DNA from: Candidatus Fermentibacteraceae bacterium
GTDB lineage: Bacteria > Fermentibacterota > Fermentibacteria > Fermentibacterales > JCC-6
Assembly (NCBI GenBank): GCA_041750285.1
Contig: JBGSZS010000005.1
Coordinates: forward strand, 1 to 64,000
Direction: 5' to 3'
Length of the DNA: 64,000 bases
Positions 8,948-19,343 of this stretch are shown one piece after another. The notes below the pieces were generated by a model, which was given only the letters and a program-made list of their open reading frames with translations, had not been told where the DNA came from and did no database searches. A program made the translations under genes and the position numbers. Within the stretch, counting starts at the first letter, position 1; every line of letters begins with the position of its first letter.

Positions 8948-10081
8948 ATGAGACTGAGGGGCTGGGTGATCGGGGCGTGTTTCCTCCTGCTGGCAGTGCA
9001 CTACTCCACGGCCTCTCCGCCGCCCGAACCTGCGGGACGGGAGAGCGGGGTCTGGCGGGGGGAGGTGTCAACGGTGAGCGCCAGGGGTGCAATGGTTTCA
9101 GGTCTGTGGGTGTCTTCAGCCGAACTCGCAGCGAACGTCGACCGGGGGGACTCGCTCATGGTCCTCGGTTACCGCAGGGGAATGTACATAACGCCCTGGA
9201 GCCTGAGGGTGAAACCCGCCGGGGGCCTTTTCCACCGAATGAGAAGGGCGCTTCTCGCACGCTTCACCCGTTCGGTGCCCGACAGCCTCGCACTTGGCAT
9301 CACGACAGCCGTCATCCTCGGCGCGAGGGGTCTCGTTCCCGTTTCCGCCGCACGGACCTTCCGGCTCTCCGGAACGGCACATCTGCTGGCCCTGTCCGGG
9401 ATGCACACGGGCATCGTGGCGGGTTTCATCCTGCTCGTGTCACGGCTTCTCTTCGGCAAAAGGCTTGCGGGGGCAATTCTCGCGGTTGCAGCCATCGCGC
9501 TCTTTGTGGCGGTCACGGGCGCACGGGCCTCCACCACAAGGGCCGGGATCATGGCCGGGACGGTTATCCTCTGGAGAGCGCTCCGGGGCGGCCGTGTTCA
9601 CATGCTCTCCGCCTGGTGCATTGCGCTTCTCCCCGCCGCGATCGACCGGTCACTCCTTTCCGACGCCGGCGCCCAGATGTCGTACGGAGCCGTGCTTTCA
9701 CTTATCCTTGCGGCCAGATCGTGGAAGGGCCCGGCCGGGAAGGTCCTGACACCGGTCTGGGCGGGGGTAGTGGTCATAACCGCGCTTGCACCCCTCAGTG
9801 CGTCGGTTTACGGCACCCTGAACCCGGCAGGGGCACTGAGCACCGTGCTGAGCCTTCCGGTGATGACCGGGGTCATGGCGCTCGGGGTACCCGCCGCGGC
9901 CGGTCTTGGCAGCGGCCTGCTCGAATGGCTCTGCGGCAGGTGGCTCTGGATACTGGGCTTTTTTACCGGGTTCACCATCGACGTGGTCCCCGATGCCTCA
10001 ATGCTGATGCCATGGCTGGCGCTGGTCGGGGTTCTGTTCGTCGTGAAGGGTCTCGGGAACTTCGAAAAAAGGTTCAGATGA
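8948..10081 (+). CDS. comEC: ComEC/Rec2 family competence membrane protein (no MBL domain)
   Basis: FRLSGTAHLLALSGMH, ASTTRAGIM, DAGAQMSY motifs; start uncertain (8891 or 8948). Confidence 0.85.
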   Translation: MRLRGWVIGACFLLLAVHYSTASPPPEPAGRESGVWRGEVSTVSARGAMVSGLWVSSAELAANVDRGDSLMVLGYRRGMYITPWSLRVKPAGGLFHRMRRALLARFTRSVPDSLALGITTAVILGARGLVPVSAARTFRLSGTAHLLALSGMHTGIVAGFILLVSRLLFGKRLAGAILAVAAIALFVAVTGARASTTRAGIMAGTVILWRALRGGRVHMLSAWCIALLPAAIDRSLLSDAGAQMSYGAVLSLILAARSWKGPAGKVLTPVWAGVVVITALAPLSASVYGTLNPAGALSTVLSLPVMTGVMALGVPAAAGLGSGLLEWLCGRWLWILGFFTGFTIDVVPDASMLMPWLALVGVLFVVKGLGNFEKRFR

Positions 10082-10853
10082 CGTAGTCTTCCACGAAATC
10101 AGCGTTCTCTTCCTGATGATCGGGAAGTGGTTCGGTCTGGTCCGGAACTGCTTCGGGCGGCGTGGTGCCCGGCGCAGGGGCTCCAATCCTGTTGAAACGA
10201 AGCAGAACCGCGCCCGTGTTGTCGAGAGCGCTTTCGAGGTCATCGAGGCCCACGGCTTCGAACACCGCGCCAAGGGGAAGGCTGACTTCCAGGGTGTCGC
10301 CGGGAAACACCACCCATCCCTGTCTGAGGCCGCCCGGAGAGTGGCCTATGAGGACTGTGAGGCCGTCGTATCCGTCCAGACCTTCATCTGCCGCGACAAC
10401 CGTGTATGACCCGGCCGGTATCGAGACCGTCCTTGACCTGTCCAGCACGGCCAGGTTGTAGGCGCTTGAAACCGTTATTGACGGTGTGATCTCGCGGATT
10501 ACGGGCAGGAAACTGATCGAGTCCGCCGTTGTGGGGGTGGTCATCCAGACCATCACGGAATCGGTGAACCCGGGTTCGGCCTTCCAGGTGACGCTTCGTC
10601 CGGTGGCATCCCGGTCGCCCGACTCGAGAAAGGTTCCCGACGAGCAGCGCCATTCCGCCTGGGTGCCGTCCGGAACGATGGTGGACAGGTATGCCGTTCC
10701 GTCACCGGAAGGGTCTATGGAGGCGAGGATCTGAACCGGGTCGTTCACCTGGCCGCGGGACTGGGTTACTATCCAGGTGGCCAGCACGGCCAGCGGCAGT
10801 ATGAACGGAAAACCCACGGAGATGAGTTTCCTGAATGAACTTTTCCTTCTCAT
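10074..10853 (-). CDS. hypothetical membrane-anchored protein with beta-rich (PKD/Ig-like) region
   Basis: Basic N-terminus plus one TM helix; WRCSSGTF...VTWKA motif; acidic tail. Confidence 0.55.
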   Translation of the reverse strand: MRRKSSFRKLISVGFPFILPLAVLATWIVTQSRGQVNDPVQILASIDPSGDGTAYLSTIVPDGTQAEWRCSSGTFLESGDRDATGRSVTWKAEPGFTDSVMVWMTTPTTADSISFLPVIREITPSITVSSAYNLAVLDRSRTVSIPAGSYTVVAADEGLDGYDGLTVLIGHSPGGLRQGWVVFPGDTLEVSLPLGAVFEAVGLDDLESALDNTGAVLLRFNRIGAPAPGTTPPEAVPDQTEPLPDHQEENADFVEDYVI

Positions 10854-10934
10854 GACGGTAATATTGCCGTTCTGCCGGGTTTGCCGCCAGTGACCGACCG
10901 GGCTATCTTCCCCGCAAAGGAAAGGAACAGGGAA

Positions 10935-11963
10935 ATGACCGATACTGCCGGTTTCCTCATGAAGCTTCTTTCGACCAGGAGCGTTTCGGGGCACACCCAT
11001 GACGCACTTGCCCTCATCGAGGCCAGGTTCGCCTCCCTTCCGGTACCCGTGGCGACGCACACCACCCTGAAAGGTTCATTCATCGCCACGATGGAGGGTG
11101 CGACATCTGAGGGAATTGTTCTCGCGGCCCACCTCGACACCCTGGGGGCAATGGTAAGCATGATATCCCCCGACGGGACGCTCCGCTACAGGACTGTGGG
11201 GGGCTTCACGGCTTGCAGCATCGAGGGCGAGTACTGCCTGGTGGAGACATTCCGTGGAGAGCTCATCCCGGGCACCATCCTTTTCGACAGGGCTTCCGTA
11301 CACGCCTACGGACAGGAAAAGGCCGGTGCAAAAAGGGAACATGGCGACATGCGCATAAGGCTGGACATGGATGTCGAGGGTGCGGACGCCGTGAGGGACC
11401 TGGGCATCTCTGTGGGAAACTACGTTCATTTCGACCCCAGACCCGTCCTTACTGCTTCAGGCTACATCAAGGGGCGCCATCTCGACGACAAGGCCGGGGT
11501 CGCGGCGCTCGCCGCAGCGGCCGAAGAGATCGCTCAGAGCGGGGAGAAGCCCCGCAGGACCATTCACTTCATGTTCACCTCCCACGAGGAGGTGGGGCAC
11601 GGCGGAGCGGGATGGTTCCCGCCGGACGTCACTGAACTCATCGCCGTGGACATGGGTGTGATGGGAACCGGGCAGACCGGTTCGGAAAAGAAGGTTTCGA
11701 TCTGCATGGCAGACAGCAACGGCCCCTACAACTACGACCTCTCACGGCGGCTCATCGATCTCGCGGTGCGGAACGGCATCCCCCATGCGGTCGACACCTA
11801 CCCGTTCTACGGTTCCGACACCGCCGCATCGCTGCGGATGGGGCTGGACGTCAGGCATGCCCTTGCGGGACCGGGAGTGGATGCAAGCCATGCAGTCGAA
11901 AGGACCCACCTCGGAGGGATTGCCGCAACAGCAAGGCTTGTCAGCCTTTACTCGCTTTCGTAG
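10935..11963 (+). CDS. M42 family metallo-aminopeptidase
   Basis: AHLDTLG, RHLDDKAG, HEEVGHG, AVDMG, GVDASHAVER. Confidence 0.92.
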   Translation: MTDTAGFLMKLLSTRSVSGHTHDALALIEARFASLPVPVATHTTLKGSFIATMEGATSEGIVLAAHLDTLGAMVSMISPDGTLRYRTVGGFTACSIEGEYCLVETFRGELIPGTILFDRASVHAYGQEKAGAKREHGDMRIRLDMDVEGADAVRDLGISVGNYVHFDPRPVLTASGYIKGRHLDDKAGVAALAAAAEEIAQSGEKPRRTIHFMFTSHEEVGHGGAGWFPPDVTELIAVDMGVMGTGQTGSEKKVSICMADSNGPYNYDLSRRLIDLAVRNGIPHAVDTYPFYGSDTAASLRMGLDVRHALAGPGVDASHAVERTHLGGIAATARLVSLYSLS

Positions 11964-12511
11964 CCAAGGATCAGGTCCACCGCCGAACCAAGGTCATCCC
12001 TCACGAAATCGGGACGGGGGCCGCCGCCCCTGACTATCCGGTCGAGCTGGCCGACACCCCTCCCGGTGAGCACCAGCACCGTCCGGAGACCGGTCCGGCG
12101 CCCGAGTTCCATGTCGGTATCGGCGTCTCCCACGATCCACCCGGAACGTCCGGGCAGGGAAAGCCGTTTCAGCGCCCGGTCTATCATCCCGGTTTCGGGC
12201 TTTCGGCAGGCGCATCCATCCCAGGGGGCGTGCGGACAGTGCTCGATCCCCGCGAAGCTCCCGCCGGCAAGAGCCATCATCGCGCGCATGCGGTCGTGGA
12301 TCAGCGCAAGCTCGGCCTCTCCGAAAAAACCCCGGGCGATCCCGGACTGGTTGGTGACGACTATGAGGGGATGCCCGGCGGAGCAGAGCCTTGCCATGGC
12401 CTGGAAGGCGCCGGGCAGGGGTATCCATTGCGAGACTGAGCGGACGTAGTCGGGCCGGTTTTCGTTGATCACACCGTCGCGGTCGAGGAATACCGGTTCG
12501 GCTGGGATCAA
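11948..12511 (-). CDS. gmhB: D-glycero-D-manno-heptose 1,7-bisphosphate phosphatase
   Basis: FLDRDGVIN, VTNQSGIARG, CPH...CACRKP, VGDADTD; TTG start overlaps the upstream stop. Confidence 0.9.
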   Translation of the reverse strand: MIPAEPVFLDRDGVINENRPDYVRSVSQWIPLPGAFQAMARLCSAGHPLIVVTNQSGIARGFFGEAELALIHDRMRAMMALAGGSFAGIEHCPHAPWDGCACRKPETGMIDRALKRLSLPGRSGWIVGDADTDMELGRRTGLRTVLVLTGRGVGQLDRIVRGGGPRPDFVRDDLGSAVDLILGYESE

Positions 12512-13440
12512 ATGCGGCTCCTGTGGTAGGCTACGAGGTCCTTGAGGCCCTCCTCGAAGGGAATGGTGGGGCTCCATCCGAGCACTGTGCGGGCAAGGGT
12601 TGCATCGAGGCTGACCTTCAGTATCTCCTCGGGAAGGGGGGGACCGTACTCGGGTTTCAGGGAGGTGCCAGTCAGATCACGGATTATGGCGTCCAGTTCC
12701 TTCACGCTGCGCCCCCTGCCCCAGCCGATGTTGAAAATGCCGCCGGAAAGCTCGGGACGGGAAAGGTCGATGGCAAGGGCGTTGGCCCTGGCGATGTCGG
12801 CCACGTGAACGTAGTCGCGGAGCTGTTCGCCGTCGCCGTTGATCCGGGGAGGGGTTCCGCTGAGGTATTTGACCGTGAAGATCGCGGTTACACCGGCTTC
12901 GCCCCATGGATTCTGCCGGGGACCGTAGACATTGGGGTACCTGAGGACGACGTAGCCCAGACCGTAGAGGTGCCTGTAGAGGAACAGGTAGTGCTCAACG
13001 GTGTGCTTGCTGACGCCATAGTGGCAGATCGGGTTCACGGGGTGATCCTCGCGCACCGGGATGTACTCGGGTTCGCCGTAGACCGCTCCGCCCGTTGAGG
13101 CGTAGACCACCCTTTTGACACCTGATGCCCTGGCGGCCTCGAGAATGTTCAACGTTCCGCCGATGTTCACGGAGGAATCGAAGACGGGCTCACGGACCGA
13201 CCTTCGGACATCCATCTGGGCCGCATGGTGACAGATCGCGTCGAACCCTCCGGTGAGGACGGCATCGTGGGCCTCGCGGGTGCGAATGTCCATCTCGAGG
13301 AAACCCGCCGCCGGGTTGATGTTACCGGCAAAACCCGTTGAAAGGTCATCCATGACTACGACGTCATGACCGAGGCCAAGCAGGTGGTCGGTCAAGTTCG
13401 AGCCGATGAAACCGGCTCCGCCGGTGACAAGAATCCGCAT
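12508..13440 (-). CDS. NAD-dependent epimerase/dehydratase (UDP-glucose 4-epimerase-like)
   Basis: LVTGGAGFIGS, ASTGGAVYG, YGVSK, RYPNVYGPRQ, RDYVHV; GGAGG upstream. Confidence 0.92.
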   Translation of the reverse strand: MRILVTGGAGFIGSNLTDHLLGLGHDVVVMDDLSTGFAGNINPAAGFLEMDIRTREAHDAVLTGGFDAICHHAAQMDVRRSVREPVFDSSVNIGGTLNILEAARASGVKRVVYASTGGAVYGEPEYIPVREDHPVNPICHYGVSKHTVEHYLFLYRHLYGLGYVVLRYPNVYGPRQNPWGEAGVTAIFTVKYLSGTPPRINGDGEQLRDYVHVADIARANALAIDLSRPELSGGIFNIGWGRGRSVKELDAIIRDLTGTSLKPEYGPPLPEEILKVSLDATLARTVLGWSPTIPFEEGLKDLVAYHRSRI

Positions 13441-13531
13441 CCGAAAACCTCCCTGGTGCAATGGGCGAAGATAAGCAAGTGGACAGCGCACGGCCAAACG
13501 GTCATCTTTGCCCAATACAACGGAGGTGTTC

Positions 13532-14545
13532 ATGAAAGTTCTCGTTGTCTCCGGGGGAAGGTCCGCGGAGAGGGATGTTTCCCTGGTGTCCGGCGCCTGG
13601 GTGCGAAACACCCTCACCGACTCAGGCCATTCGGTGCTGGACATGAGGATCGGCCCCGGGGGGGACTGGACCCTCTCCGGTGAGCCCCTGTCGCTCATCG
13701 CCGGGGAATGCCCCTGGAAGCTTCTGTCCAACGGGTCCCCGGTGCCTTTCGATGCGGTGTTCCCGGTCCTGCACGGTCCCTTCGGCGAGGACGGCACCTT
13801 CCAGGGGCTCTGCGAGACGGCGGGATGGCCCTGCGCAGGTGTTCAGGTCATGGGATGCGCGGTTGCCATGGACAAGCAGACCATGAGGCTGCTGGCCCGT
13901 GATGCAGGCCTCCCGCTCCTGCCATGGGTTTTCACCGACGGCTCGGAGGACCCGGGGCTGTTCGCCGGACAGGCGCTGCAGCTCGGTTCGACCCTGTTCG
14001 TGAAGCCTTCCCGAATGGGATCGAGCGTTGGAATAAGCAGGGCCGGGGACCGGGAGGAACTTCTTGCAGCGATCGAAACCGCGTCGCGTTACGACCGCAG
14101 GGTGGTGGTCGAGCGCGCACTCGCCGCACCCAGGGAGATAGAGGTGAGCGTGCTCGGTACCGGTGAGAAGATCGAAGTGTCGGTACCCGGCGAGGTCCTT
14201 CCGGGAAAGGAGTGGTACGACTACGACGCCAAGTACCATTGTGACGACTCAAGACTGCTTATCCCGGCGGACCTCCCGGAAACGACCGTCCTGAACATCG
14301 ACCTGATGGCCAGAACAGCCTTCAGGCTTCTGGGCGGCACCGGTTTCGCCAGGGTTGACTTCCTGCTGGACAGGGCGACCGGGGAGGTGTTCTTCAACGA
14401 GGTGAACACCATCCCGGGTTTCACTTCCATAAGCATGTTCCCGAAGCTCTGGAACGCTTCGGGGCTTTCTTCGGGAGACCTTCTCGAAGCCATTCTCTCC
14501 GAGGCCCTTTCCAGGCCCCGAAACGGAACTGCGGCAAAACCATGA
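13532..14545 (+). CDS. ddl: D-alanine--D-alanine ligase
   Basis: [48 protein letters not shown]. Confidence 0.95.
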   Translation: MKVLVVSGGRSAERDVSLVSGAWVRNTLTDSGHSVLDMRIGPGGDWTLSGEPLSLIAGECPWKLLSNGSPVPFDAVFPVLHGPFGEDGTFQGLCETAGWPCAGVQVMGCAVAMDKQTMRLLARDAGLPLLPWVFTDGSEDPGLFAGQALQLGSTLFVKPSRMGSSVGISRAGDREELLAAIETASRYDRRVVVERALAAPREIEVSVLGTGEKIEVSVPGEVLPGKEWYDYDAKYHCDDSRLLIPADLPETTVLNIDLMARTAFRLLGGTGFARVDFLLDRATGEVFFNEVNTIPGFTSISMFPKLWNASGLSSGDLLEAILSEALSRPRNGTAAKP

Positions 14546-15570
14546 AGACAGTCTGCGACCTTCGAAGCGATACGGTCAGTGTTCCCTGCGCAAACATGCG
14601 CAGGGCCATGGCGGAGGCCCCCGTGGGGGACGATGTTTTCGGCGAAGACCCCAGCGTGAACCTTCTCGAATCGAAGACGGCCCGGCTGCTGGGCAAGGAG
14701 GCAGCGGTGTTCGTGCCCACCGGCACGATGGCTAACGGGATCGCCATACGCGCCCTGGTATCGCCCGGTGACGAGGTCCTCTGCGGAGCCCGAAGCCATG
14801 TGTTCAACTTCGAGGGAGGACAGTTCGCCCTGAACGCCGGGATCCAGCTTCACCCCCTCGAGGAGACACCCGGCGGAACTCCCGATCCCGCTGTCGTGGA
14901 AGCGCTCCTCTCGCGCAGGACCGACATTCACAACGCACCCCGCAGGCTCGTTTCCCTCGAGGACACGCACAACATGATGGGGGGGGTCATCTGCTCGCGG
15001 GAATCCATCGGGCGAATACTGTTTGCGGCGGCAAACGCCGGCATTCGGGCCTATCTCGACGGTGCGAGGTTCTGGCACGTGGCGAAGCCTTCGGATCTCG
15101 CCTCCCTGGCCGGGGGCTTCGCGGGGATCTCGGTGTGCTTCTCAAAGGCCCTGGGCTGTCCCGTGGGCTCCATTGTGGCCGGTTCCGGTGACTTCGTGGA
15201 AAGGGCACGCTGGTTCAGGAAGAGGATGGGGGGCGGAATGCGTCAGGCCGGCATACTGGCGGGCGCCTGCCTCTGGGCACTCGAGAACAATCTCCCAAGG
15301 CTTCCGGAAACGCACGAGATGTGCTCCAGGCTCGCCCGGGCAGTCAACACGTCGAAGGGTCTCTCGTGCGATCCAATGCTTCACCCGACGAACATCCTGA
15401 TGGTCGATGCGGCGTCGGGAAACGCGCTCAAGGCTGCGGAAGACCTTGAAAAAGCGGGGGTACGGGTGCTGCCCGTGGGTCCCGGAAGGATAAGGCTTGT
15501 CACACACCTGTCTCTCGGCGGGTGCGAGATCTCGCACGCCGAAGAGGTTCTGTCGGGTTACGGAGGTTAG
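14542..15570 (+). CDS. ltaE: low-specificity L-threonine aldolase
   Basis: [48 protein letters not shown]. Confidence 0.93.
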   Translation: MKTVCDLRSDTVSVPCANMRRAMAEAPVGDDVFGEDPSVNLLESKTARLLGKEAAVFVPTGTMANGIAIRALVSPGDEVLCGARSHVFNFEGGQFALNAGIQLHPLEETPGGTPDPAVVEALLSRRTDIHNAPRRLVSLEDTHNMMGGVICSRESIGRILFAAANAGIRAYLDGARFWHVAKPSDLASLAGGFAGISVCFSKALGCPVGSIVAGSGDFVERARWFRKRMGGGMRQAGILAGACLWALENNLPRLPETHEMCSRLARAVNTSKGLSCDPMLHPTNILMVDAASGNALKAAEDLEKAGVRVLPVGPGRIRLVTHLSLGGCEISHAEEVLSGYGG

Positions 15571-15571
15571 G

Positions 15572-16498
15572 ATGAGGGCGGGAGTCGCTGGGGTCGGTCA
15601 CCTTGGTTATCACCATGCAAGGCTTCTCAAGGGGATCGCGGATCATGTATCGGTTTTCGACACCGATCCGGAAAGGCTTTCGAAGGTCTGTTCGGAACTG
15701 GGTGTGAACGCTGCGGGAAGCCTGGATGAACTGATCGGGTCGGTCGATGCCATGGTGGTGGCCTGCCCCACCGTCGGGCACCACCAGGTTGCCCGGCAGG
15801 CGCTGGAAATGGGTGTTCCGGTGCTCGTCGAAAAGCCGGTGGCCGCCACGGTAGCGGAAGCCGCCGATCTCGTGGCCCTTGCGGCCGATCTGGGGCTTGT
15901 TCTCGCCGTCGGACACGTGGAGCGGTTCAACCCCGCCATGACCGCCGCAATGGAGCACATTCACAGACCCCTGTACATCGAGGCGAACCGCCTTGCCCCG
16001 TTCACCGTCAGGTGCACCGACGTGAGCGTTGTCATGGACCTGATGATACACGACATCGACCTCGTCCTCAGCCTGATAAGGTCTCCGGTGGCGGACATCC
16101 AGGCTTCCGGCGTTCCCGTCCTCACTGAAACGGTCGATATCGCAGGCGCCCGGATCGCCTTTCTGGACGGTTCATCGGCCGTCATCAACGCCAGCAGGAT
16201 ATCGCTCGAACAGGTCAGAAAGCTGAGGGTCTTCCAGGAGGGCGGCTACGTTTCCGTGGACTTCGGTGCCAAGACCGTTCACGCCCTCTCAGTCTCGGGG
16301 GGCGCCATCACTCCGGTTCCGGTGGTCGTGACCGACCACAACGCGCTTGAAATGGAACTCAGGGATTTTCTGGGAGCCGTGGAGAAGGGATGTGAGCCCG
16401 CGATAACGGGCGCTGATGGCCTCAGGGCCCTGGAAACCGCCGAAACGGTACTGAGGAAATCCGCCGAGAGCTTCGAGAGGATACGGAACTCCCGATGA
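15572..16498 (+). CDS. Gfo/Idh/MocA oxidoreductase, probable GnnA-like UDP-GlcNAc 3-dehydrogenase
   Basis: GVGHLG..HA, LVEKP, VGHVERFNPA, DVSVVMDLMIHDID; immediately upstream of lpxB. Confidence 0.75.
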   Translation: MRAGVAGVGHLGYHHARLLKGIADHVSVFDTDPERLSKVCSELGVNAAGSLDELIGSVDAMVVACPTVGHHQVARQALEMGVPVLVEKPVAATVAEAADLVALAADLGLVLAVGHVERFNPAMTAAMEHIHRPLYIEANRLAPFTVRCTDVSVVMDLMIHDIDLVLSLIRSPVADIQASGVPVLTETVDIAGARIAFLDGSSAVINASRISLEQVRKLRVFQEGGYVSVDFGAKTVHALSVSGGAITPVPVVVTDHNALEMELRDFLGAVEKGCEPAITGADGLRALETAETVLRKSAESFERIRNSR

Positions 16499-17574
16499 GA
16501 ATACTGATGTGCGCCGGTGAGCCATCCGGCGACATCAGGGGTGGCGAGCTCCTGCGGGAGCTATCCTCAAGGACCACCGTGGAAGCCTTCGGGATGGGGG
16601 GCGACTCCATGGCCGCAGCCGGCATGGAGACGGTCCTCAACATAAGGGAGCTTTCCGTTATGGGTTTCACGGAAGTGGTTTGCTCCCTGCCCAGGGTGCT
16701 TGCCGCCGAGAGGGAACTCAGGCGTCTCGTCATATCGAGGAAGCCCGATGCCCTGGTGCTGGTGGACTACCCTGGCTTCAACATGCGGCTTGGCGCGTGG
16801 GCGCGGGCAAGGGGAATACCCGTGGTGCAGTACATAGCCCCCCAGACCTGGGCATGGGGAGCCTGGAGAACACGGAAACTTGCAGGATCATGCGGGCTCC
16901 TTCTTGTGATCCTTCCATTCGAGGAGGGGTTTTTCAGGCAAAGGGGCATTAATTCGAAGTACACCGGTCACCCTCTTGCCGATCAGATTCCGGTCCCCCT
17001 GCCGGAACCGCGCGGACCGGTGCGGATAGCCCTCCTGCCGGGAAGCCGCGAACAGGAGGTCAGCCGGCTGCTGCCCGAGATGCTCGCAGCATTCCGGATG
17101 CTTCAGTCCGCCGGTGAGGTTTCGGAAGCATCGGTTGCCGTCTCGGAATCCGTCCGGCCGGGCATCTACCCGGCATCGGGAAACGGGCTCGAACTGGACG
17201 TGGGAACCGCCATGGCCCTCCGGAACGCCTCCGCCGCCCTCGTGTGCTCGGGGACCGCAACACTCGAAACTGCCATGTACGGGGTCCCCCAGGTCATCTG
17301 CTACAAAACCGGGAACGTGAACTTCCTTCTTGCAAGGCTGCTCGTCAGGGGAGTGGGGAGGATCGGACTCGCCAACCTCGTGGCCGGAATGGACATTGCT
17401 CCCGAGCTCCTTCAGGGAAGGGCAACGGCGCCGGTCATGGCGCAGGCACTCAGGGAAACGCTTCACGATCAATCCCGCAGGAGTGCCACCGAAACGGTGA
17501 GGCTCAGGCTGGGGCCTCCGGGGGGGGCCGGCAGGGCGGCCGAAGCCGTGATAAGGTTCCTGGAGGCGGGATGA
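16495..17574 (+). CDS. lpxB: lipid-A-disaccharide synthase
   Basis: AGEPSGD, VDYPGFN, YIAPQTWAW, ILPFE, GHPL, LLPGSR, SGTATLE, PELLQ. Confidence 0.95.
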   Translation: MRILMCAGEPSGDIRGGELLRELSSRTTVEAFGMGGDSMAAAGMETVLNIRELSVMGFTEVVCSLPRVLAAERELRRLVISRKPDALVLVDYPGFNMRLGAWARARGIPVVQYIAPQTWAWGAWRTRKLAGSCGLLLVILPFEEGFFRQRGINSKYTGHPLADQIPVPLPEPRGPVRIALLPGSREQEVSRLLPEMLAAFRMLQSAGEVSEASVAVSESVRPGIYPASGNGLELDVGTAMALRNASAALVCSGTATLETAMYGVPQVICYKTGNVNFLLARLLVRGVGRIGLANLVAGMDIAPELLQGRATAPVMAQALRETLHDQSRRSATETVRLRLGPPGGAGRAAEAVIRFLEAG

Positions 17575-19343
17575 GATTCCCCACAACGGCCGCACGGATA
17601 CTCGTGACCCTTCTGGGCGGGACTTGGCGGGTGGAAACGCTGAAAGCCCCTGCCGACCTTCCCGGTGAAAGGGTGCTCTTTTCGTTCTGGCACGGCAGTC
17701 AGCTCCCCCTGCTTTTCACGCACAGACATCGCGGGCTGAGAGTGCTCGTAAGCCGCAGCCGCGATGGAGGGATGGTGGCTGCCCTGCTTCACTCGATGGG
17801 TTACGGGACCGTAAGGGGCAGTTCATCGAGGGGGGGGGCCCAGGCTGTGTCGGACCTCTGCGCAGCCCTCAGGAAGACAAGCTGCGCGATCACGCCCGAT
17901 GGCCCCAGGGGTCCCGCCGAGGTTCCCAAGGCCGGCCTGTTCACCCTGGCGGAAAGGGCGGGCGTCCCGGTGAAGCCGATGGGGGCGGCGGCATGGCCCG
18001 CCATAAGGCTTTCAAGCTGGGACAGGTTCCTTGTTCCTCTGCCGTTCGGAAGGGTGGCGGTAGCAGAAGGCATTCCGATCCAGCCCGAAAGGCTTTCCCC
18101 CGCAACCTTCGGTACCGAGATCGGAAGGGTTTCAGCCCTGGCCGAAACGGCGGTCTCACCCCTTGCCGCGGCCCAGGCGTTCGCCGCGGGAGCCTCATCC
18201 GCTCTGGCTTTTCCAGTACTCTTCTTCCGCCCCCGGCAGGAAAGGATGGAAAGACTTGGCCATTCGCCGGTCGCCGCTTCATCTCCCGCCTGGCTTCACG
18301 GCTCGTCGCTTGGTGAGCTGAGGGGCCTTCTTCCCGTCGTTTCGATGCTTGCTTCACGGGGCGTGCCGGTTTACATGACCTGCTTCACGCCATCGGGAAG
18401 GGACTTCATTCGCCGCGGGGGGTACAACGGCAGCTTCCTTCCCCTTGACACCCCCTCCTGCGTAAGAAGGTTCCTCTCCCGGGTTAAACCCAGGTGCCTG
18501 ATCCTCGCCGAGACCGAACTGTGGCCCTGCCTTCTCCGGGAAACCGTACTTGCAGGCATCCCCGCAGGCATGGTCAACGCAAGGATATCCCGCAGGAGCC
18601 TTAAACGGTATTCAGCCATAAGAAGAACACTTGCCGGTTCCCTCTCATGCTTTGCCGGAATACTGGCACGCACGGAGGACGACGCGGCGGCATTCAGGGA
18701 ACTGGGCGTCAGGCCCGGTATCGTAAGGGTGGCGGGCGACGGCAAGGCCGCGGTGGCTCCCGAAGGTCCCGAACCCGGATGGAGCCGGATGCTTCAGCCT
18801 GACCTCAGATACGTCGTGGCAGGTTCGACCAGGCCGGGCGAGGAGGAGTTCGTCCTCAAGGCGGCGAAGCAGGCGGGGATGGGGGTCATTCTGGCCCCCA
18901 GACACTCCGACAGGGTCGGAGAGGCTCTCGCGGCGGCTGCCGCCGGGGGCTATGCACCGGTGCTTTTCAGCCGGGCGGACGGCCCCGCGGACTGCGTCGT
19001 CATAGACACACAGGGTGTGCTTTCGCGCATCTACCCGCTGGGCGGGGCGGCTTTCCTCGGGGGCACTGTGGCACCCATCGGCGGCCACAACATACTCGAA
19101 CCTCTCAGTCAGGGTCTTCCGGTGGTCGTGGGTCCCCATCACGGCAATCACGGTGTTATTGTGGCGGATGGTGTTGAACGGGGTGTGGTGGGGGTGGCCC
19201 GCACGCCAGAGAAGATGGCAGGCTTTCTTGTGGAATGGAGCGGAACGCAGGGCCTTTCCCGCGTCGCCTGTGAACTTGCAGCTGCAGGGAGCCTTCTTTT
19301 CCGCAGGGAGCTGTCCGGGCTGCTGGAAGGACTGATGCTGTGA
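17571..19343 (+). CDS. waaA: fusion: DUF374 (LpxJ-like acyltransferase) + Kdo transferase WaaA/KdtA
   Basis: N-terminal FWHG, VSRSRDG, RGSSSRGG, ITPDGPRGP, SWDRFLVPLPF; C-terminal WLHGSSLGE, AETELWP, AGSTR.GEE, APRH, GGHNILEP; one open frame. Confidence 0.85.
   Translation: MRFPTTAARILVTLLGGTWRVETLKAPADLPGERVLFSFWHGSQLPLLFTHRHRGLRVLVSRSRDGGMVAALLHSMGYGTVRGSSSRGGAQAVSDLCAALRKTSCAITPDGPRGPAEVPKAGLFTLAERAGVPVKPMGAAAWPAIRLSSWDRFLVPLPFGRVAVAEGIPIQPERLSPATFGTEIGRVSALAETAVSPLAAAQAFAAGASSALAFPVLFFRPRQERMERLGHSPVAASSPAWLHGSSLGELRGLLPVVSMLASRGVPVYMTCFTPSGRDFIRRGGYNGSFLPLDTPSCVRRFLSRVKPRCLILAETELWPCLLRETVLAGIPAGMVNARISRRSLKRYSAIRRTLAGSLSCFAGILARTEDDAAAFRELGVRPGIVRVAGDGKAAVAPEGPEPGWSRMLQPDLRYVVAGSTRPGEEEFVLKAAKQAGMGVILAPRHSDRVGEALAAAAAGGYAPVLFSRADGPADCVVIDTQGVLSRIYPLGGAAFLGGTVAPIGGHNILEPLSQGLPVVVGPHHGNHGVIVADGVERGVVGVARTPEKMAGFLVEWSGTQGLSRVACELAAAGSLLFRRELSGLLEGLML

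Noticed and set aside
14542..15570. PLP enzyme upstream of gnnA as a substitute GnnB
   Set aside because: Its motifs are canonical threonine aldolase, not DegT/DnrJ aminotransferase.
17830..17838. G9 tract in the LpxJ-WaaA gene as a phase-variation switch
   Set aside because: It encodes the conserved RGG motif in frame. Similar 8-9 nt G/C runs occur in polA (~5625), the sulfatase (~7727) and the PorV-like gene (~28288), so this is background for this GC content.
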